Below, piece by piece: positions 38,791 through 46,944 of a stretch of 64,000 bases of DNA; position 1 is the first letter of the stretch, and every line of letters starts with the position of its first letter. Location of the stretch: positions 1,261-65,260 of the forward strand of contig QGNP01000001.1 of assembly GCA_003228125.1 (NCBI GenBank), written 5' to 3'. The translations under genes and the position numbers were made by a program. The notes beneath the pieces were generated by a model. That model was not told where the DNA came from and did not search any database. It saw only the letters and a list, made by a program, of their open reading frames with translations. Source of the stretch: Chloroflexota bacterium (lineage in GTDB: Bacteria; Chloroflexota; Dehalococcoidia; UBA2979).

Positions 38791-39585
38791 TTATCCAAAA
38801 GTAATTTTTAATTCATGACGATATATTTTGTTCCAGTAAGGAATAACGAATTTATTAACAAATTCTTTGTGCTCTTTGCTATTTCTGTAATTGTCTAGAT
38901 CTTCTTGGTTTTTAAATTCAGCGATGAAACCAAAATTTGGTGCTTCGTTAATTTTTTCATAAGGCAATGGCCCTGTACCTCTTGGAACTAATCTATCTTC
39001 ATGTACTAAGCACTCACTGCCATTAGTACCTAAAAATTTTCTTCCAAAAGATAGGTAGCCTATATTTGGTATTGTATCTTTAAATTTTTTCATTTCTTGA
39101 AACATTTTAGTCACAATTTTTTCAGGAACATCTTCATTCATTTCCCATAAAACCATATGCAATATTGATGCTTCTCCAAAAATACTAGAGTTTTGAAAAG
39201 TAAAGGCTGATTCATGTAAAAAATCTGTTGCTAAGTATTTTGACCACATTGTGGCACATACATCCCATGCAAAACCTGATTTTCCATGGGATGCTTGAGG
39301 ATTATCATGTGCTTCAGAAGAGATATATCGTTTATATGATTCTTCATCTTGAAAATCCATTATAAAAAAAGAATTGTAAGCTGGGGCAATTTTCTTAAAG
39401 CCATCAGAATCTTTAATAAAAACCCCACTTTGCGACTCTTCTTTTTTTTCATTAGGCAGTAAATAGCCATATATCATCTTTTTCATATCATTGGCATTTT
39501 CATTCTGCATTCTTTGCATGCCTGATTCTATCAAATCTCTTTTTGCTTGATTATTTTCATCCCATAGCAATATGTGAAAAAACAT
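38791..39585 (-). CDS. Tandem Dabb (stress-responsive alpha/beta barrel) domain protein
   Basis: Two repeats: HILLW...F.DEESY..Y..S.AH and HMVLW...IP.I...EF...EDL..Y..S.EH..FV. Confidence 0.7.
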   Translation of the reverse strand: MFFHILLWDENNQAKRDLIESGMQRMQNENANDMKKMIYGYLLPNEKKEESQSGVFIKDSDGFKKIAPAYNSFFIMDFQDEESYKRYISSEAHDNPQASHGKSGFAWDVCATMWSKYLATDFLHESAFTFQNSSIFGEASILHMVLWEMNEDVPEKIVTKMFQEMKKFKDTIPNIGYLSFGRKFLGTNGSECLVHEDRLVPRGTGPLPYEKINEAPNFGFIAEFKNQEDLDNYRNSKEHKEFVNKFVIPYWNKIYRHELKITFG

Positions 39586-39597
39586 TATTTTCCTTAA

Positions 39598-39963
39598 TTA
39601 AACTTTTCTTCCAGGGGGAACGTACTCATTTAACAATTTACCTGATATTTGCTCAACATTCAAATTGTTAGTAAAATTATTTAATTCAAATAATTGCACA
39701 TTAATTGAATTAATCATGCTGTATGCTTCATCTTTTAACTCATTGTTCCATCGATCGCTTTCAAAAAATGCTTTGTATTGTATCGCTTGTTCTTTTGTAT
39801 CTTGAAATGTTCTTATCCAAATAAAATTATCTTTTTCAAATTTATAATCTATAATATGCATATTTAATGATTTCATCATTGGCAGTGATTTTTTTTCAAA
39901 CCAATATAAAAAATTATCTTTCTCAATTGGTTTAATAGCGTATGTTCTAAATTCAATTAACAT
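39598..39963 (-). CDS. NIPSNAP family protein
   Basis: EFRTY.IKP, FIWIR.F, F.ES.RW. Confidence 0.8.
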   Translation of the reverse strand: MLIEFRTYAIKPIEKDNFLYWFEKKSLPMMKSLNMHIIDYKFEKDNFIWIRTFQDTKEQAIQYKAFFESDRWNNELKDEAYSMINSINVQLFELNNFTNNLNVEQISGKLLNEYVPPGRKV

Positions 39964-39982
39964 AATTAATTCCTAATTTTTT

Positions 39983-40822
39983 TTATTTAGAGACGAATTC
40001 CATAATAGCTTGCATCCATTTATTTGGATCTTGATTATGCGTGAACATCCCCTGAGATATATTTTTATTTGTATTTAGTTGCACTAATAAACTAGTTTTT
40101 AACGCATCAGATATTTTTTTACCCACGTTCAGTAATTTACTTTCAGTCCCATATATTAATAAAGTAGGAACTTTTATTTTTGCTCCATTTTCTACTGAAT
40201 CATAAGAGCAAAGTGCATAAGGCCCCGCACCTTCCCATCCCATATTCCCATAAATTTCACACCCATCTGCAGAATTGACTATAAGAGTATCAATGAATTT
40301 TTGAGTTATCATTTTGATATCTGCATGTTCATGATTGCCTCCTGATTTTTCCCAGAGTTTAATGAGATGTCCTCCATTTTCTTCTGCTGGATAATAGCTA
40401 TGAATTTTTGATTGTAATTCAATTCCTTCTGGATTAGCGTAATTACCTACTTCATCGAGAATCAGATGATCAATTCTTTCTTGATTATTAATTGCAACTT
40501 CAATAGCTATAATTCCACCAGTATGTGTTCCAAATAAATCAAAGTTATCAATTGCTAAGCCATCTAGAAACCATTGCACTGATTGGGCATATTCTTGTAT
40601 GGTTGTATAAGGTTTATGAGGCTTAGATGATTCTCCATAACCGATTGTAGTCATTGCTATTAATCTACGATTTTTAGGGAAAAGAGAAAAATAGTTTGCA
40701 AAATAAGCAGATGAAACTGGAGTAGCATGCATAAAGATAATTGGCTTTCCTTCACCGATTTCTCTGTATTCAATTTGTCCATCAGGAGTATTAACAAATC
40801 CTCTTTTAATATTCATTAGCAT
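39983..40822 (-). CDS. Alpha/beta-fold hydrolase family protein
   Basis: GQIEYRE.GEGKP..FMH, GYGES, elbow GTHTGG, KIKVPTLLIYG. Confidence 0.85.
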   Translation of the reverse strand: MLMNIKRGFVNTPDGQIEYREIGEGKPIIFMHATPVSSAYFANYFSLFPKNRRLIAMTTIGYGESSKPHKPYTTIQEYAQSVQWFLDGLAIDNFDLFGTHTGGIIAIEVAINNQERIDHLILDEVGNYANPEGIELQSKIHSYYPAEENGGHLIKLWEKSGGNHEHADIKMITQKFIDTLIVNSADGCEIYGNMGWEGAGPYALCSYDSVENGAKIKVPTLLIYGTESKLLNVGKKISDALKTSLLVQLNTNKNISQGMFTHNQDPNKWMQAIMEFVSK

Positions 40823-40849
40823 CCTTAATATAAAAAATTGTTATTTATA

Positions 40850-42031
40850 TTATAACCTAAAATCTTTTTTATTATTTATTAAACTGAAATCAGCGATAGT
40901 CTCTAGTGCTCTAGATTCAATAGGAGGGTTGATTAGACCTGAACGAGCATCTCTAAATAATCTTTCAAATTCATGATTTTTTTCTAAAGCTATTCCACCA
41001 ACAAGGCGCATCACTTTATCTGTAACAAATACAGCTGTTTCAGTAGCTTCTCTTTTTGCTGCTACTATATAGGGGTATATTTCTTTTCGTGGTATTTTTT
41101 TATCTTCCCATGATTGTGTAATATTGATTAAAAAACTTTTTGCAATCATAATTCTTGATTCTATTTCCCCAAGTTGATATTTAATAAAAGGTATTTCAGA
41201 AATTGATTTTTCATATCCAGACGGCCTCCTATTTTGTAAAAATACTATAAGTTTATTCCTGGCTTCAATTGCTATTCCCATACTTGTTGCAGCGATAATC
41301 AAAGGAAACCAAGCATTAATTGGGATTTTTTCATATTTTTTTGATTTTCCATGTTCATAGAGTATGTCTGTTTTTTTAATTAATACATTTTTAAAAATTA
41401 CTTCATGAGATTCTGTCGAACGCATGCCTAATCCATTCCAATTTTTGTTTATTGAAATACCCGGACTATTTGTTCGTATGAGCACTCTGCATAGTCTATT
41501 AGTTTCTTTGTTTATTGCATAAACAACCATAAATGTTAAACCTGTCGATAGTGTTGCCCAATTTTTTTTACCATTTAGTCTCAATTTATTTAAACTATCA
41601 ATGGAAATTTCTGTAGTAGGCAGACCTCCATTTTTTGGAGAACCTAACTCAGCTTCTGATGCAATATTATTTATTAACAGACCATTTTGAACAATACTTG
41701 TAAATATTGATTCTCTTTGTTTTTTTGACCAAAGAAAATTTTCTGATTCATAACCACATACTATAGTATGCATTCCAATGCCCAGTGCAGTCGATGCGTC
41801 GCCTTTTGCAAGTTCTAATTGAGCCAATATAATTGTAGGCATGCTAATGTTTAGCCCACCTAATGATTTAGGAATTGCCAAAGTTAAATATTTTTTCTTA
41901 ATTAATAAAGTAAAGTTTTGTTCTTGAAATTGTGGATTTTCGTCGTAATACAATGCCTTTTTTTTTATTGTTTTAGAGATTATTCTAGCGATGTTAAGTA
42001 TTTTTTCTTCTTCAAGTTCTTGTTTATTCAT
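40850..42031 (-). CDS. Acyl-CoA dehydrogenase-fold flavoprotein (YdbM-like)
   Basis: IPKSLGG, LAKGDASTAL...MH, ASE..LGSP..GG.P.T, LNGKK.W, WNGLGMRST.SH, ERLFRDAR.G. Confidence 0.88.
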   Translation of the reverse strand: MNKQELEEEKILNIARIISKTIKKKALYYDENPQFQEQNFTLLIKKKYLTLAIPKSLGGLNISMPTIILAQLELAKGDASTALGIGMHTIVCGYESENFLWSKKQRESIFTSIVQNGLLINNIASEAELGSPKNGGLPTTEISIDSLNKLRLNGKKNWATLSTGLTFMVVYAINKETNRLCRVLIRTNSPGISINKNWNGLGMRSTESHEVIFKNVLIKKTDILYEHGKSKKYEKIPINAWFPLIIAATSMGIAIEARNKLIVFLQNRRPSGYEKSISEIPFIKYQLGEIESRIMIAKSFLINITQSWEDKKIPRKEIYPYIVAAKREATETAVFVTDKVMRLVGGIALEKNHEFERLFRDARSGLINPPIESRALETIADFSLINNKKDFRL

Positions 42032-42142
42032 TTAATCCTTATTGAATAATAAATCGTATAATTTATTATAGTTAATAAATAGCTTCTTGTATATTTTAGG
42101 GTATGCTGAAAGCAAACCTGTTTTTTTTTGGATGCATACAAC

Positions 42143-43966
42143 ATGGAAAATTCAATATTTGTTTTAATTACTATAGTAGGGATATCTATAGCAATAGTTG
42201 ACGTATATTTAAAAAAAACAGGTTTGCCAGTCATTATTTTTTATTTAATCATAGGATTACTTGTAGGTGTTTCAGGATTAAATATTTTAAATTCTCATGG
42301 ACTAAATGAAATATATTTCTTAGCAATTGAAATTATGGTAGCTTTAATTGTTTTTGAAGGTGCTTTTGCAATTAATATAGAATCTCTAAAGAGGGTGAGT
42401 AGTGTTGTCAGAAAACTAATCTCTATTGGTTTTCTAGTTACATTTTTTGCCTCGTCTTTTGTTGTGTATTTATCTGGTTTATTAGATCTTCAAACATCTT
42501 TCATTGTAGGCTCACTAGTGACTGTATCTGGCCCAACTGTAATAAGCCCTTTGGTTAAAAGAGCATCATTAAATGAAAAAGTTAAAGCAGTTTTGATTGG
42601 TGAATCAATACTAATCGATCCTATTGGTGCAATTTTTGCTATTTTTGTATTGGACATTGTACTTTCAGGCATACATGCGGATCCTATTTTTTGGATATTT
42701 TCTAGAGTAATTATTGGTATTTTGTTTGGACTTATTGCTAGTTTAATAATGTGGTTGTGCTTAAGAATTAGCAAAAAATTTGAAAAAGATGAAATATTAT
42801 TATTGTTAGTTGGCTCAGCAGTTGCAACGTTTTCTTTTTCAGAAATTATTGCTGATGGATCAGGCCTTTTAAGCGTAGTTACACTGGGAGTAATGCTTTC
42901 AGGAATGGACATACCATCTAAAAAAGAAGTTCAAAAAACTCAAGACATCTTTGTTCGAATATCTATTGCTGGAGTTTTTATATTAGCAAGTGCTGTCGTT
43001 GATCTTAATGTTGTTATTGCTCTATGGCCAAAGGGGTTTATTGTTATAGGATTAATTGTATTATTGATTCGACCATTATGTGTATTGATTTCATCATATC
43101 AATCAAGTTTATCTATTAAAGAAAAGGCATATATTTCTTTAGTTTCACCAAGGGGCGTTGTGGCTGCAGCGCTAGCAGCATTTGCTGGTGAAAAAATATC
43201 TTCCGATGATGGGGCTATCGTAGTTGCATTAGTTTTTTTAATTATTGTTATAACTGTAGTTTCACAATTTTCATATGCAGGGTTATTATCTAGATTGTTA
43301 GGAGTTGAATCGATGAAAGCATTAATTTCTGGAAATGGAGAAATATCTAAAAGGATTGCCGATGAGCTATCATCTAATGGTTATCAAGTTTTAGTTATTT
43401 TATCTAATGAAGAAGATGGTTATTTTGATAATAGTGATGAAAAAATAAAAATTTATAAAGGCTCAGCTGCAGATGAAAAGTTTATTCATTCACTCAACTT
43501 ACGTGAAGTAAATATTGTAGCTGGTGTTTCTGATAGTGATGAAAATAATTTATTATTTATACAAATTGTTAAGACTATTAAACCTGACGTAAAATCGTAT
43601 GCTCTTGTTAATACATTAGATTCTATTACAGCCTTTGAATCTTTAGGCATTAAGGCAATTAAGAAAGCAGATGCTGCAGCTAGTTCATTACTTGAATTAA
43701 TGGGTAATCCTTCAATTCATAATGTTATTGGAGGCGAGGGTGAGCCTAGATTAGTTTTAGAAGTAGAAGTAGCAAGAGGGATTAAAGGTAAAAAAGTTAA
43801 ATCTCTTTCTTTGCCAAATGGCGTACTAGTAATTTTGATACATAGAAAAGATGATGAGGTTGTACCAAGAGGAGAAACTGTTCTTCAAAATGGTGACAAA
43901 CTTTTATTGTTTGGCAGATCTACTAATGTTAATTTAGCTAGAGACATGTTGTTGCAATTTAATTAA
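42143..43966 (+). CDS. NhaP-type cation:proton antiporter with C-terminal TrkA-N/TrkA-C (RCK) domains
   Basis: VSGPTVI.PL, GESILIDPIG, RP, PRGVVAA; C-terminal VPRGETVLQNGD.L. Confidence 0.9.
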   Translation: MENSIFVLITIVGISIAIVDVYLKKTGLPVIIFYLIIGLLVGVSGLNILNSHGLNEIYFLAIEIMVALIVFEGAFAINIESLKRVSSVVRKLISIGFLVTFFASSFVVYLSGLLDLQTSFIVGSLVTVSGPTVISPLVKRASLNEKVKAVLIGESILIDPIGAIFAIFVLDIVLSGIHADPIFWIFSRVIIGILFGLIASLIMWLCLRISKKFEKDEILLLLVGSAVATFSFSEIIADGSGLLSVVTLGVMLSGMDIPSKKEVQKTQDIFVRISIAGVFILASAVVDLNVVIALWPKGFIVIGLIVLLIRPLCVLISSYQSSLSIKEKAYISLVSPRGVVAAALAAFAGEKISSDDGAIVVALVFLIIVITVVSQFSYAGLLSRLLGVESMKALISGNGEISKRIADELSSNGYQVLVILSNEEDGYFDNSDEKIKIYKGSAADEKFIHSLNLREVNIVAGVSDSDENNLLFIQIVKTIKPDVKSYALVNTLDSITAFESLGIKAIKKADAAASSLLELMGNPSIHNVIGGEGEPRLVLEVEVARGIKGKKVKSLSLPNGVLVILIHRKDDEVVPRGETVLQNGDKLLLFGRSTNVNLARDMLLQFN

Positions 43967-43975
43967 GGTTTCTAA

Positions 43976-44728
43976 ATGTTAAATCCAAGCTATAAAGAAA
44001 TTAATTTTTTTTATTCTAATTTTTCTCGACCTTATTTAATTTCTAATATGATTATTTCTTCAGATGGTAATGCCTTGTTTACAGATGAAGATAATAATGG
44101 CCTAGGATCTGATGTTGATAGAAGATTGATGAGTGAATTACGTTTTCATGCAGATGTTGTAATTAATGGAGCTGAAACACTAAGAGTTTGTGGTTCATCG
44201 TCATTGATTAAAGAAAAAGAACTGGTGAAACAAAGAGTTTCTAATGGAAAATCTGCTCACCCTATTGCTTCTGTTGTAACAAATAGTGGTAATTTGCCTC
44301 TAAATAATCGTTTTTTTACTTCTGATGCGTTTGATTCTATAATTTTTCTTGGTGATGAAGCAGATCAAAGTGTGCTTAATTTTTTATCAAATTATTGTGA
44401 GGAAATTGTTAGTGTACCGAAAGATAATAGAGCAAGATTTATTCTTAATTATTTGTATGAAAATTACTCATCAAAAATTATTTTATTAGAAGGAGGCCCA
44501 AGTATTAATGGATTATTTTTTGAAAATAATTTAATTGATGAATATTTTATTACAATTAGTCCTGAAATTTTTATTCCTCAAAACTCTTTTACAACAATTA
44601 ATCCTAGTAAATATTTAGGCATATACAAGCAAGATTTAATCTTAGTTTCGGTACAACACTCTGATGAATCAGGAGAGGTTTTTTTAAGATATAAAAGAAA
44701 AAATAAATTTAAAGTTATTAAATCATAA
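43976..44728 (+). CDS. RibD C-terminal reductase / DHFR-like protein
   Basis: RPY..SNM..S.DG, D...M..LR..AD.V..GA.T.R, LLEGGP.IN, DEYF.TISP. Confidence 0.87.
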   Translation: MLNPSYKEINFFYSNFSRPYLISNMIISSDGNALFTDEDNNGLGSDVDRRLMSELRFHADVVINGAETLRVCGSSSLIKEKELVKQRVSNGKSAHPIASVVTNSGNLPLNNRFFTSDAFDSIIFLGDEADQSVLNFLSNYCEEIVSVPKDNRARFILNYLYENYSSKIILLEGGPSINGLFFENNLIDEYFITISPEIFIPQNSFTTINPSKYLGIYKQDLILVSVQHSDESGEVFLRYKRKNKFKVIKS

Positions 44729-44740
44729 GGAGTCTTTATA

Positions 44741-46144
44741 ATGAACAATAATACGAATCTTACTAATGATGCTATTGATTTTTTTGAACGTGCGGAATTT
44801 AATGATTTTACTCCTGACATGATTCATATGGCAAAAAGATGTTTTATGGATGGACTTGCAGTAATTATTGCCGGTACTGAACAGCCAGCTTTAGTAATTA
44901 TGGAAAAAATGTATGCAAGATTACCATATCCTGATGAATCACGAATACTTGGTAAAAGTTCAATTAGCATGCCAGTTGAAATGGCAGCTAGATGGAATGG
45001 TTTAGCTGGGCATGCTATGGATTGGGATGATACTCAATTATCAAAGGGAGCAGATAGATTGTATGGACTGCTCACTCATCCCACTATTCCTCCTTTAGCA
45101 TCAGGCATTGCTGTATCTGATAAATTGGGAAATATTTCTGGTAAAAAATTTATTGAAGCATTTATAATAGGCTTTGAAGTTGAATGTAAATTAAATGAAG
45201 TAATTAATCCCGATCATTATGTCAAAGGTTTTCATAGCAGTGGAACTTTTGGAACTTTTGGCGCTGTTACGACTACTGCAAAATTAATTGGATTAAGTAG
45301 TATTCAATATGCTAATGCTCTAGGTATTGCATCATCAATGGCAGCAGGCATTAGAGTAAATTTTGGTACTATGACTAAGCCTTTGCATGTAGGAAGGGCT
45401 GCAGAAAATGGTGTAACTGCTGCTTTATTAGCTCAAGCAGGATTTACAGCAAATGAAGAATCTATGGATGGCCCGTGGGGCTTTATAAATGTTGCTGGGC
45501 AGACAGGAGAACCTGATTTTTCTTTAGCTACATTTGGAGAACCATACAGCATCATTGATCCTGGAGTAAGTATTAAGCCCTATCCATCAGGAGTTTTGAC
45601 ACATCCAAGCATGGATGCAATGAAAAAAATTATGGAAGAAAATGAATTAACTCCAAATGATATTAAATCAGTACAATTATTTGCAGGTCAAAATATTTTA
45701 GCACCAATTAGATATGAAGTTGCTAATACTGAGCTCGAAGGAAAATTTTCAATGGCTTTTCTTTTATCAGCGATTATTATTTCAGGCCAGGCTGGCAAAA
45801 AAGAGTTCACAGATGAATATGTTAAATCTCAAGATGTTCAGGAAATGCAACGAAAGATATCTACTGTCTATGACCCAGAAATTGAAAAATTAGGAGTTGA
45901 TAAAATAAGATCTAGGATTGAACTAGAAACTCGTAGTGGTGAAAAATTTAGCATTATTGCTAATGAGAATTATCGTGGAGGTCCTGATAACCCATTGTCT
46001 GATAATGAATTGGAAAATAAATTTGAAATTTGTTCTGAAGGACTATTGGATAATGAGCAAATTATAAAAGCAAAAGCTTTTATATGGAATTTAGAAAAAG
46101 AACAAAAGGTTAATAAAATTATAGATCTAGTGAGTTATCAATAA
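44741..46144 (+). CDS. MmgE/PrpD family protein
   Basis: GHAMDWDD, THP, KGFHSSG, NFGTMTKPLHVG, KPYPS...HP, KFS, RGGP.NP. Confidence 0.93.
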   Translation: MNNNTNLTNDAIDFFERAEFNDFTPDMIHMAKRCFMDGLAVIIAGTEQPALVIMEKMYARLPYPDESRILGKSSISMPVEMAARWNGLAGHAMDWDDTQLSKGADRLYGLLTHPTIPPLASGIAVSDKLGNISGKKFIEAFIIGFEVECKLNEVINPDHYVKGFHSSGTFGTFGAVTTTAKLIGLSSIQYANALGIASSMAAGIRVNFGTMTKPLHVGRAAENGVTAALLAQAGFTANEESMDGPWGFINVAGQTGEPDFSLATFGEPYSIIDPGVSIKPYPSGVLTHPSMDAMKKIMEENELTPNDIKSVQLFAGQNILAPIRYEVANTELEGKFSMAFLLSAIIISGQAGKKEFTDEYVKSQDVQEMQRKISTVYDPEIEKLGVDKIRSRIELETRSGEKFSIIANENYRGGPDNPLSDNELENKFEICSEGLLDNEQIIKAKAFIWNLEKEQKVNKIIDLVSYQ

Positions 46145-46146
46145 AT

Positions 46147-46944
46147 CTATAATTTTAATTTTTTCTTTATAATATCTTTTAATTTTATTGGTGGAGTTGT
46201 AGTCCAAAAATCATTGTTATTATTATCGATTATTTTTTGTTCATTTATTTTTGATTGCAAAGATTCAATTGTAGTTTTCATAGCATCAACTACTGTCGCT
46301 TTTTTATATTTAAATATTTTATTTTTCCAAAGTATTTCTGCAAAAACCATTTGTCCTGGAATAATTATCTCTGCTCCTTGAAGTATTGCTTTTTCACTTG
46401 CTTTATTGAATGCATTAATTAGTTGCTCGGGATCCTGAAATGCTTTTATAACATTATTGTAGTCAATATCAATTGCAATTGATGGGATAGCATTATCTGA
46501 GAAATTATTAATTTTAATTTGATGATTAATTAGATCAAGTAAATTTGGATTAAATGCAAGAACAGCAAATTTTTTTTCAACTTTTTGAGCATATTCCATG
46601 GATGCTTGACCATATCCTACAACTGGCATGTCTAATAAACTATTAATTTCATTGAGTGCTAAATTTTGAATCATTCCAATTGCAAATCCATCAAATTTTT
46701 CTTCTTCTGCTCTTAAAGCATTTTTCAATAGCTGATTACTGAAAACCATACTACTAGATGCATATCTAGTAACTTCTGCCGGACTAGTGTCTTTAAAAAA
46801 ATTCGGAGGCATACCATTAATAGTAATAGTTGTATGATCATCCTCAATAGTTTTTACATGTTCTTGTAGTAATTTTTGATATTCAGGAATTGAACTAATT
46901 TCTAAATATCCTTGATACCAAATGTTTATTATTTTTCTTTTCAT
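46147..46944 (-). CDS. Asp/Glu/hydantoin racemase superfamily protein lacking both catalytic cysteines
   Basis: AEEEKFDGFAIG, DMPVVG, QGAEIIIPG, VVDA layout. Confidence 0.75.
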   Translation of the reverse strand: MKRKIINIWYQGYLEISSIPEYQKLLQEHVKTIEDDHTTITINGMPPNFFKDTSPAEVTRYASSSMVFSNQLLKNALRAEEEKFDGFAIGMIQNLALNEINSLLDMPVVGYGQASMEYAQKVEKKFAVLAFNPNLLDLINHQIKINNFSDNAIPSIAIDIDYNNVIKAFQDPEQLINAFNKASEKAILQGAEIIIPGQMVFAEILWKNKIFKYKKATVVDAMKTTIESLQSKINEQKIIDNNNNDFWTTTPPIKLKDIIKKKLKL

